From: Sulfurimonadaceae bacterium
GTDB lineage: Bacteria > Campylobacterota > Campylobacteria > Campylobacterales > Sulfurimonadaceae
Assembly: GCA_041571435.1 (NCBI GenBank)
Contig: JBFFUI010000032.1
Span: 1 to 27,438 of the forward strand
DNA length: 27,438 nt
Direction of reading: 5' to 3'
The notes under the pieces are model-generated. The model did no database searches. It was not told the DNA's origin and saw only the letters and a list, made by a program, of their open reading frames with translations. Numbering within the stretch: the first letter of the stretch is position 1; the number at the start of each line of letters is the position of its first letter. Below, one piece after another: positions 19,651-27,079 of the stretch. Both the position numbers and the translations under genes were made by a program.

Positions 19651-20275
19651 GGATGTATCCTACACCGCGAAGATTTTTGATATTCAATCCGGTTGTCTGT
19701 TTGAGTTTGGTCAGGGCGACACGCAATGCGGTCGGGGAGGGCTTTTCAAGGCTCTCCATAAGGATGTTGGTGTCAAGCACCTGGTCGATATTGTGGATAA
19801 AGAGCTCAAAGAGCCGTTCTTGTACCTCTCCCATGGCGATGATACTACCGTTTTTACGCAGCACCTTTGCCTGTGGATCGTACTCCAGATCGTTATACTT
19901 GATAGTAGCGGATTGCTGGGCCAGTTTGGCATTGACACGGATGAGCAGCTCTTCGGGAAAAAACGGTTTCTTGATATAGTCGTCCGCACCCACCTGAAAG
20001 CCCCTGGTGATAGAGTTCAGGTCCACCAGAGCACTTATAAAGATAGCAGGGGTCTTGTCATCAGCCGAACGCAGACTCTCCAAGAGCTCAAGCCCGTTCA
20101 TCTCAGGGACATTGATGTCAAAGATGTAGAGATCATACCCCCCTTCATACGAAGCGTCCGCTGCCGCACCGCCGTCCAAGACGAGCGTAACGTCATAGTC
20201 TTCACTTTGCAATAACTCCAGAAGGGTTTCTGCCAATAGGTTGTCATCTTCCAATAAAAGTATTTTTTTAGCCAT
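19637..20275 (-). CDS. OmpR-family response regulator
   Basis: LLEDD, phospho-Asp in FDINVP, DDYIKKPF, C-terminal winged helix ending NLRGVGY. Confidence 0.95.
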   Translation of the reverse strand: MAKKILLLEDDNLLAETLLELLQSEDYDVTLVLDGGAAADASYEGGYDLYIFDINVPEMNGLELLESLRSADDKTPAIFISALVDLNSITRGFQVGADDYIKKPFFPEELLIRVNAKLAQQSATIKYNDLEYDPQAKVLRKNGSIIAMGEVQERLFELFIHNIDQVLDTNILMESLEKPSPTALRVALTKLKQTTGLNIKNLRGVGYILESR

Positions 20276-20280
20276 TACCT

Positions 20281-20311
20281 ATTGTAGTACAGAAGTGTTA
20301 CAAGAGTGCTA
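20281..20311 (-). promoter_or_regulatory. Putative autoregulatory box plus -10 for the response regulator
   Basis: Minus strand TAGCACTCTTG-TAACACTTCT-gtac-TACAAT. Confidence 0.55.
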
Positions 20312-20385
20312 AAAGTACGACCTTAACAATATGTTAATATGATATGAATAGAATAGAGTTCTAAATTGTTTTAAAGGAATAGATC

Positions 20386-20967
20386 ATGAAACCCCAATAC
20401 ACTGTACTTTACCGTATCTGGCACTGGACGATGGCTCTTTCCGTTGTCGGCCTGCTTGGCACCGTTGCATTGCGAAAAACGTTTTTGAGCTGGCATACGA
20501 ATGCGGATTTGATCCAGAATAAGCTGGCTGAAACAGGCACAGAGATTACCGCAGAGACCGCCAAGATGATCGCGCAGGCGATCCGTGCACCAATGTGGGA
20601 GTGGCATTATATTTTCGGACTTATTTTAGCGATCTCTATCGTTATACGTCTCTACATGATCGCGAGCAAACGTGCCGAGATGCCTTTAAAAACTGTGCTG
20701 GAGGCACCCAAAGAGGAGAAGCCTAAACGTCTGGTGCATCTGCTGCTCTGCTTTTCGATTATGCTTATGGCGCTGACCGGCGGATTTTATTACTTCCATG
20801 AGGCACTTGGTTTCAGCCATGATAGTGTGCATTGGGTTAAAGAGTTCCACGAAAATACGATGTACGCTGTTTTAGTTTTGGTCGTTCTGCACCTCGGCGG
20901 TGTTTTCCGTCATGAATTAACGACTAAAGAGGGGATTGTCTCCAAGATGATCCACGGTGAGGACTAG
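20386..20967 (+). CDS. Di-heme cytochrome b (b561 / Ni-hydrogenase CytB family)
   Basis: RIWHW, WHYIFG, KEFHE and LHLGG heme-ligand His positions in about four TM helices; AAGGA RBS. Confidence 0.85.
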   Translation: MKPQYTVLYRIWHWTMALSVVGLLGTVALRKTFLSWHTNADLIQNKLAETGTEITAETAKMIAQAIRAPMWEWHYIFGLILAISIVIRLYMIASKRAEMPLKTVLEAPKEEKPKRLVHLLLCFSIMLMALTGGFYYFHEALGFSHDSVHWVKEFHENTMYAVLVLVVLHLGGVFRHELTTKEGIVSKMIHGED

Positions 20968-20982
20968 AGGTATAAATGCCGA

Positions 20983-21011
20983 TTGACAGATACCGCTAAA
21001 AAGCCTATAGT
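20983..21011 (+). promoter_or_regulatory. Near-consensus sigma70 promoter
   Basis: TTGACA (20983-20988), 17-nt spacer, TATAGT (21006-21011). Confidence 0.7.
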
Positions 21012-21015
21012 TACA

Positions 21016-21107
21016 GAAGATAACTTCAGGGAGCATACGATGAACATTTACCTCGACTTCACATCAACACCGCGTATGTTCTCTTGGCGTGACGCCTAAC
21101 TTTTTTT
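21016..21107 (+). ncRNA. Candidate structured small RNA (alternatively mRNA of a 19-aa peptide, 21040-21099)
   Basis: Follows the promoter; 12-bp stem 21028-21039/21073-21084 with G-U pairs favouring the + strand; GGCG-TGA-CGCC hairpin then a T run. Confidence 0.5.
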
Positions 21108-21162
21108 CTCTCTTTTATAACCTGATATTGACAGACTGATTTTTATAATAAAAAGGATAATT

Positions 21163-21837
21163 ATGGCGTTACAGCTGGACGATTTCCTGATCACAGGAAG
21201 AACATTTGAGGAGTATTCCGCCTTTTTTGATTTAGATATCGAAGAACTGGAACACAAACGTGTATTGGACTGCCCCAGTGGGGTCAGCAGCTTTGTCGCG
21301 ACGGCTAACAGGCAGGGTATTGCTGCAGAGGGGTGTGATATGATTTATCGGTTCGCAAGGGCTGATATCGTGCATCAAGGCGAACTGTCGATCGATAAGA
21401 TCTATGCGGACACAACATGGATGCAAGGCCACAACCTTGCCTTTTACGGTTCGATCGAGGGGCATCGCAGTTTTAGAGAGCAGGCACTTGCGGGGTTTAA
21501 AGGCGACCATAATCTGCAACGTTACCGTTATGAGACGCTGCCATCGCTCTCTTATGCCGATGACAGTTTTGACCTTCTTTTAAGTAGTCATCTTCTCTTT
21601 GTTTATGACGATAGACTTGATCTTGATTTTCATATAAAAACGATTACGGAGATGCTGCGCGTGGCCAGAGAGGTGCGCATATTTCCGTTGATCGACTTTA
21701 TGAACAGCCGCAGGGATGAGACGGAGAATCTGTCACCCTTTGTAAAAGCCGTGATGGCACACTTCAATGCCGAGATCATTGCCGTCGACTTTGAATTTCA
21801 GCCCGGCGGCAATGCAATGATGCGACTTTGTCGATAA
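21163..21837 (+). CDS. Class I SAM-dependent methyltransferase
   Basis: VLDCPSG motif, FDLLLSSHLLF, EMLRVAREVRIFP; AAGGA RBS. Confidence 0.82.
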   Translation: MALQLDDFLITGRTFEEYSAFFDLDIEELEHKRVLDCPSGVSSFVATANRQGIAAEGCDMIYRFARADIVHQGELSIDKIYADTTWMQGHNLAFYGSIEGHRSFREQALAGFKGDHNLQRYRYETLPSLSYADDSFDLLLSSHLLFVYDDRLDLDFHIKTITEMLRVAREVRIFPLIDFMNSRRDETENLSPFVKAVMAHFNAEIIAVDFEFQPGGNAMMRLCR

Positions 21838-21853
21838 AGTGTTCAGGCACTAC

Positions 21854-22381
21854 TTACGATTGCGGCAGTTTTGGGCTGAGAAGTCTGTCGGCGATAAACC
21901 CCTGTAGTAAAGCTCCCAGTAGAATATAGAAGGTGAGGGCGATGGTAAAGCCGGTACCGAAGTAGGCGACCATCATCGGCAGCCACGGAAGCTTGATGGA
22001 CCTGGCGTAGAAGAACGTTACGATCAACCCGTCTCGTACGCCGTGTTTGCGCAGATCACTCAGCATCGGGTACCAGACATAGCCCGAGCCGTGGCTGAAC
22101 AGGCCGCTGAGCAAGGCGATCACCCACCCTTTCATACCGCTCTCTTCTCCCAGATGCTTTGCGATTTTCTTGGGCTGTATAAAGCTGTTGATGATGCTCA
22201 TCAATACAACGACAACAAGTAAGATCGGTAGAATGACCTGTAAGACCGCAAGACTGTTAGAAAAGGCGTCAAAGGCTTTTGCCGGATTGCCAAAGGCAGC
22301 GACAACATAGAGGGTAAGTACGATGGAGAGCATGATCCAGCCACTTCTGTGAGGTGTTTTATTGTTGCTCTTGTTGCGCAT
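21854..22381 (-). CDS. Predicted permease half-module (DUF318/ArsP-like)
   Basis: Multiple TM helices, KHLGEESG and G-x-G-YVWYP motifs. Confidence 0.75.
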   Translation of the reverse strand: MRNKSNNKTPHRSGWIMLSIVLTLYVVAAFGNPAKAFDAFSNSLAVLQVILPILLVVVVLMSIINSFIQPKKIAKHLGEESGMKGWVIALLSGLFSHGSGYVWYPMLSDLRKHGVRDGLIVTFFYARSIKLPWLPMMVAYFGTGFTIALTFYILLGALLQGFIADRLLSPKLPQS

Positions 22382-22812
22382 CAGAAAAGTCCTGCCGTTG
22401 CTACAGTCACCCAGGCAATCAACATCGCAAAAATAAGAGCGAGCAGGTTTCGTACAAGGGTAAAATGCAGGCCGAAAAGCGTATATTCCAAAGGAAGCTG
22501 AACCAGACCAAGGGTGACAAAAGAGATGATGAATGCGGTTACGGCATAGAGGGATATCCCCTCCTGGAGCAGCTCCCCGCCTATGATGTAGCTAAGGAAG
22601 GGTTGCCCGACCGAGACACCGCCGGTAAGCGTTCCGATCACGGTATCGTAAAGGGGCGAACCGGTAAAAAATGACTGCAGTATTTCGGGCGTTATATAGG
22701 CCTGAAAAAGTCCGACAAGCCCGATAACGCCAAGTAGCATCGGAGCAATGGTATAGAGCATGTTAAATGCGTTTACAAGCGATTTTAGAAAGGAAGGTTG
22801 CTGTGGTTTCAT
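22381..22812 (-). CDS. Predicted permease half-module (DUF318/ArsP-like)
   Basis: Multiple TM helices, GQPFLSYIIGGELL motif; 1-nt overlap with the partner gene. Confidence 0.75.
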   Translation of the reverse strand: MKPQQPSFLKSLVNAFNMLYTIAPMLLGVIGLVGLFQAYITPEILQSFFTGSPLYDTVIGTLTGGVSVGQPFLSYIIGGELLQEGISLYAVTAFIISFVTLGLVQLPLEYTLFGLHFTLVRNLLALIFAMLIAWVTVATAGLF

Positions 22813-22819
22813 GTTCTGA

Positions 22820-22828
22820 AGTATAACA
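22820..22828 (-). promoter_or_regulatory. Extended -10 promoter of the permease pair
   Basis: Minus strand TGtTATACT, 7 nt from the ATG; no SD sequence. Confidence 0.55.
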
Positions 22829-22836
22829 CAGGGTAT

Positions 22837-22983
22837 AGAGATAAAGCCGTAAACAATTTCAACGGCGTTTGATGGTTGTCCTTGCCAGAAAATGAATCGA
22901 AAATGGCAAGGACAGGATAAAGAAATGTATAAATGAAAGGAAAGTCGATTAAGAGAGGAGTGGTGCTCTTTCTCGCTTCCGTG
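22837..22983 (-). ncRNA. Candidate small RNA
   Basis: TATAAT (22989-22994, minus), C/U-rich body, perfect 11-bp stem 22877-22887/22904-22914, distal hairpin 22846-22866 followed by UUUAUCUCU; no substantial ORF. Confidence 0.4.
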
Positions 22984-23004
22984 AAATAATTATAAAAGGT
23001 AAAA

Positions 23005-23067
23005 GTGTGGAAAAAGTGTTGATATCGGTAGTATGTCTAACTTTATACGTTGGACATAATACCGCCG
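23005..23067. repeat. Degenerate ~65-bp repeat, copy A
   Basis: GTGTGGAAAAAGTGTTGATATCGGTAGTATGTCTAACTTTATACGTTGGACATAATACCGCCG aligns with 24690-24753. Confidence 0.75.
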
Positions 23068-23081
23068 TTAAAGGTTGCGGG

Positions 23082-24470
23082 CTAATCTTCCTCTTCAAGT
23101 GAGATTTCGTCTGCGATGCCATCAATAGGACGATCTTTGACTTTCACGAGTGTCCCGGGCTGATTGTAAAGGGCAGCAAAATCAGATTCTGAGATCGGAC
23201 TACCGACATTGTTTTGAAACTGTGTTGTACCGTTTATTGTGTAAAGAAGATTTTCAATGGTGATCGCGCTGCCCACGGTATAGGCATTGACCCGTCCTTG
23301 AATAATCTCTCGGTCGTTCTGTCCCGCATCAAGTTTGGCCAGTATAATATAGCCATTGGCATCCATCCCCTCGGCCAGAACAAAACTGTTGATTGTAATA
23401 TTATCAAAGGCAACGTCTCTAAACTCGGTCGAGGAATCGACATAGAGGGTTACAGTACCAGGGTTAAAAGTAAGTGTCAGGGTATTTGTGCCTTTGGCCG
23501 TTACTTCAGCATTGAACTTCAACTCTTCGTGACGTCCCTCGACTTTTTGTGCGAGCAGAATACCGTTGATGATTGGTCCTTCAGCTTCTATCGGCACGTT
23601 GTCATTCAAAACCAGGGTTAGGGGTGTTCTCGTCGCTGATGATGCATCTATCTCTTGCCCGTTGAGAAAGAAACTGGCATCGGAGGTATAGCCACTGATA
23701 ATCCCCTCGAGACTGACCTTCGAGATATTGTCATCAAAGCCGTTGTCCTCACGTTGAACAAGTGTTGCAATGATAGTATCGCCGCTTAGTGTTCCTTTGA
23801 CTTCGACGAAGAGGCCGTCAGCCAATACCAAATCATTGGGTTCGAACGTCGATGAAGTTGCATCGACAGGGGTTGTCCCAAGAACAAAAGTGTTGCCTGA
23901 TAGGGCGCTGATTAAGCCTTTTTTCTCTACTTCTGCCGTTCCCCCTTTGTCCTCGATACGTGTTGCAATGATGGTGCCGTCATTGAGCAGTGTGCCGCTG
24001 ACTTCGACAATGTCACCGTTCACCAGAGCGGCATAAGTGGTATTGTAAAATATTGTTGATGTGATGTCGGCAACAACGTTTTGACCCAATACGGTAAAAT
24101 TCTTATTGAGTCCGTTATCGGTCAGTCCGCTGATCGCTCCTTGTACTTCGTCATCATAAATGACACTGTATGCGACGCCATGCTGACCGCTGTCATCCAC
24201 AGCACCTCCGACATTAACCGTCATACCGACAACCAGGCTGCTTTCCGAACCGGGGCTGTCATCGACCATGATTGCCGATCCAGTGGTGTCAAGTTCGATC
24301 CCGTTGACAACAATGCTGCCTTTTGCGGTGATCGGACCTTGTATTAATATGTTAGTAGCCGTATGGTTACCGCTAGAACCGGAGGAACTATCACTCGAAC
24401 ATCCAGAATAGAATAGGAGGGAGAGTATGGCTATAAGGCTATAGCGCCATTTCGATGCAAAACGTTTCAT
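23082..24470 (-). CDS. DUF5666-type repeat lipoprotein
   Basis: Lipobox FYSGC, Ser/Gly linker, repeated beta modules (G-x-I...G-x-x-VEV-x-G...I-x-A-x-x-I-E); AAGGAG RBS. Confidence 0.8.
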   Translation of the reverse strand: MKRFASKWRYSLIAILSLLFYSGCSSDSSSGSSGNHTATNILIQGPITAKGSIVVNGIELDTTGSAIMVDDSPGSESSLVVGMTVNVGGAVDDSGQHGVAYSVIYDDEVQGAISGLTDNGLNKNFTVLGQNVVADITSTIFYNTTYAALVNGDIVEVSGTLLNDGTIIATRIEDKGGTAEVEKKGLISALSGNTFVLGTTPVDATSSTFEPNDLVLADGLFVEVKGTLSGDTIIATLVQREDNGFDDNISKVSLEGIISGYTSDASFFLNGQEIDASSATRTPLTLVLNDNVPIEAEGPIINGILLAQKVEGRHEELKFNAEVTAKGTNTLTLTFNPGTVTLYVDSSTEFRDVAFDNITINSFVLAEGMDANGYIILAKLDAGQNDREIIQGRVNAYTVGSAITIENLLYTINGTTQFQNNVGSPISESDFAALYNQPGTLVKVKDRPIDGIADEISLEEED

Positions 24471-24689
24471 GATAAACTCCTTGTTTTTAACTATATTCCG
24501 TGAACAGTAAAGTCGTAGTAAAGCATAAACACTAGATTCTTAATATAAGAAAAAAGAATAGTATTATGCAGTTCAAGCTGCAGATAGGGCCAAAATTGTA
24601 TAAATGAAATAAAACGCTTAAACGCAGAATTAAAGAGTAGTAACGTTATATAATAGAATGTAAAAAGGCTACTTTACAGCAGGGTGACT

Positions 24690-24753
24690 GTGTGAAAAAA
24701 GTGTCAATATCGACAGATATGCGAAACTTTACATGCTGGACATAACCCCACCG
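24690..24753. repeat. Degenerate ~65-bp repeat, copy B
   Basis: GTGTGAAAAAAGTGTCAATATCGACAGATATGCGAAACTTTACATGCTGGACATAACCCCACCG aligns with 23005-23067. Confidence 0.75.
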
Positions 24754-24754
24754 C

Positions 24755-26296
24755 TTAAAAGCTATAGACAAGCTCCGCAAAGACCCTGTCGTTGTTTTTT
24801 ATCGCATTATAAAAAGGGATTTCACCATCGCCGCCGATATAGTCGACAAAACCGCCGTTGACGGTCAGTGCATCGTTGAGCTTATAGTCCATCCAAAAAC
24901 GCTGGAATCCGCCGTCTTGAAAGCGGAAGTTGCTGCCGCCGAACATGGAGATAAGGTAGTTGACGGTGGCATTGTCATGGTCAAAGGTGTAGTTGGCTCT
25001 GGCAGCGAACTGAAGGGTGTCTTTACGCGCATAATCGGGGACGATCGCTTTACCCGCTTCAACAGCACTCTGCATCATGATCTCTTCATAGCCAAAGATG
25101 TGTCTGTCTGCCAGCTCCAGTGACAAAACGGTTTTGGTGATACCGCTGTAATCGATACCCAAGAGGGCATCCAGACGGTTCTTGTTTGTCTCAACGCTGC
25201 GGTAGTCAATGTCCATAATGTAGGCAGCTTCCGCTTTGTAGAGCCACGCACCGCTGACGATGTTGGTCGCCACACCGGCCATGTAGATCTTGTCGTAGGT
25301 TCGGAGGTTCGTGCTATAGTCATAACCGAAACGGCTGTTCAGGACGTTGGCGGCGTACCATGAGAGGTCCCACCCTTCGTACCGCCCATCCAAAGCGAGG
25401 GCAAACTGGGTGTTTTTCAGAGCCCAGTCCGGCTCTTCGCGGCCGGGAAAGAGTGCGTCGGGGATCGTCGGACCGAAGATATCTCTGGGACGATAATCGC
25501 TTCCGAAGGCCGGTTCGATCTCGAGACGGGGTTCGTGAATGATCATCGCAGAGAGCCCGTAGTCGCCAAAGTAGTAGTCCAGTTTGGTCATGGTCTCGCT
25601 CAGGCGAAGGTCTTCGATGTCGACCATTCCCGGCTCACGGTTGTCAAGCGGGTTAATGACATCGGTGATGCGGATGGAGTCCGACTTGCCCCAGATGACG
25701 ATCTGTCGGCCGATCTTGATGTCGAGTGAAGGGCTCAGGGTGCCTTGGATGTAGGCATCTTTGATGTCGTAGAAGTACTCGTAGGTGTCGAGCACCGTAG
25801 TGCTGTAGTTCTCGCGTCCGTGAATAGCCCAGGAAGCGTCATACCAACCCATGAGTTCGATACGCGATTTCCAATTGTCAGCGTGTCGCATATCAAGCGC
25901 AAGGTTCAATTTGGTCCTGGCCCGAAAGAGTCCACGGAAATCCATCGCTTTGTCATCGGCGAAAGCAGGGGTGTCCGGAAGAGGGGTTGGTGCATTTTGG
26001 GCATAGTTGTAGGCACCTAAAAAACCAAGCGATCCGGTAAGATCATACCAGTCGTTTCCCATCTGTTTTTCAGTGGCAGAGCGGGTTGTATCGTCTTCAT
26101 CATCAAAACCGGCAAGCGCCTCTTCATCAAGTTCCGACCCTGAAGGCTCATCATCAAAACCGCTCAGGGCCGCTTCGTCAAGCACGGTTGCGGCAGCGGG
26201 TTCGTCAAACCCTTCCATCGCGTCACTCAGCTCATCCGCAAAGGTGACACTGTTTATAAAGACCAGCGATGACAAAACCAATGAGAGCGGACGCAC
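24755..26296 (-). CDS. Outer-membrane beta-barrel protein (DUF1302-like)
   Basis: Signal peptide, KIGRQIVIWG and DVINP motifs, C-terminal YSF; operon context. Confidence 0.78.
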   Translation of the reverse strand: MRPLSLVLSSLVFINSVTFADELSDAMEGFDEPAAATVLDEAALSGFDDEPSGSELDEEALAGFDDEDDTTRSATEKQMGNDWYDLTGSLGFLGAYNYAQNAPTPLPDTPAFADDKAMDFRGLFRARTKLNLALDMRHADNWKSRIELMGWYDASWAIHGRENYSTTVLDTYEYFYDIKDAYIQGTLSPSLDIKIGRQIVIWGKSDSIRITDVINPLDNREPGMVDIEDLRLSETMTKLDYYFGDYGLSAMIIHEPRLEIEPAFGSDYRPRDIFGPTIPDALFPGREEPDWALKNTQFALALDGRYEGWDLSWYAANVLNSRFGYDYSTNLRTYDKIYMAGVATNIVSGAWLYKAEAAYIMDIDYRSVETNKNRLDALLGIDYSGITKTVLSLELADRHIFGYEEIMMQSAVEAGKAIVPDYARKDTLQFAARANYTFDHDNATVNYLISMFGGSNFRFQDGGFQRFWMDYKLNDALTVNGGFVDYIGGDGEIPFYNAIKNNDRVFAELVYSF

Positions 26297-27079
26297 TTAG
26301 ATCCCTTTTTCGATCTGTCTGACGGTGAAGAAACTGTCGTTAAGGTTCTGGTTGAACTTGACGTCGTTAAACTTCAACACGGTGGTGTGCAGGGTCTGTT
26401 TGCCCTTTTTAGTCTTCATCTCGATCTCGGTTGCTACCCAGATCCCGTCGATCTGTTCAAGTTTTTTAACATCCATGTACTTCTTTTTCCCGCCGTCCGC
26501 CATGAAGTGGAGGGCGCGGATAACGACGAAGTTGTCCTGACGGACAAAGATGTAGGACTTGGTGTAGCCTGTCTCATCGATGATCTTTTGCGTTTTGGGA
26601 ACGGACTCGATGATCCACACCTTGTGTTCGCCCACCTTGGACTCTTTTGCGAGTTTGTAGCTGTAGTCTTCGATATTTCGGCTCGTCATGTCCGAATAGC
26701 TGAAATCGGAACCCATAAAGGAGGCACTTTTGTCGCTGGAGGCGATACGCTTGGACTTTTTGAGCGCCGGCAGGTAGAGCCATTGGTCATCGTCCTTGGC
26801 GCTGTCATCATAGTCGTAGGTCAAAAATGCCGTGTTCTTGACGTCGCTCGGGCTAAGAAAGAAGATGGCGCTGTAGATATCTTCGCCCATGTCTTTCGAG
26901 AACTTTTTCATCGAACGGACACGCTCGCTGCCGTGCTTGTCAATCAGGATCATCTTCATCGTGCCGACACCGTTGTCGCCATCGTCACGGGTGTCGACCC
27001 TGTTGACGATCTCGTCGACGCTCAGGTTTGCGAAGAGGGCAAGCGGTGCCAGTAAAAGCAGCAGTAGTTTTTTCATCAT
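26297..27079 (-). CDS. LolA-like outer-membrane lipoprotein-sorting protein
   Basis: Signal peptide, P-x-DVK-x-T-x-FL, DDQWLYLPALKKSKRI, FMGSDFSYSD. Confidence 0.85.
   Translation of the reverse strand: MMKKLLLLLLAPLALFANLSVDEIVNRVDTRDDGDNGVGTMKMILIDKHGSERVRSMKKFSKDMGEDIYSAIFFLSPSDVKNTAFLTYDYDDSAKDDDQWLYLPALKKSKRIASSDKSASFMGSDFSYSDMTSRNIEDYSYKLAKESKVGEHKVWIIESVPKTQKIIDETGYTKSYIFVRQDNFVVIRALHFMADGGKKKYMDVKKLEQIDGIWVATEIEMKTKKGKQTLHTTVLKFNDVKFNQNLNDSFFTVRQIEKGI

Noticed and set aside
19586-20215. 209-aa antisense ORF over the response regulator
   Set aside because: Shadow ORF of a well-supported gene, with no motifs.
21128-21149. TTGACA...TATAAT as a full promoter for the methyltransferase
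   Set aside because: Spacer is only 10 nt; the -10 alone may work, but the pair is not a canonical -35/-10.
26387-27055. 222-aa antisense ORF over the LolA-like gene (likewise 13266-13772 and 17963-18484)
   Set aside because: Codon-bias shadow frames opposite real genes.
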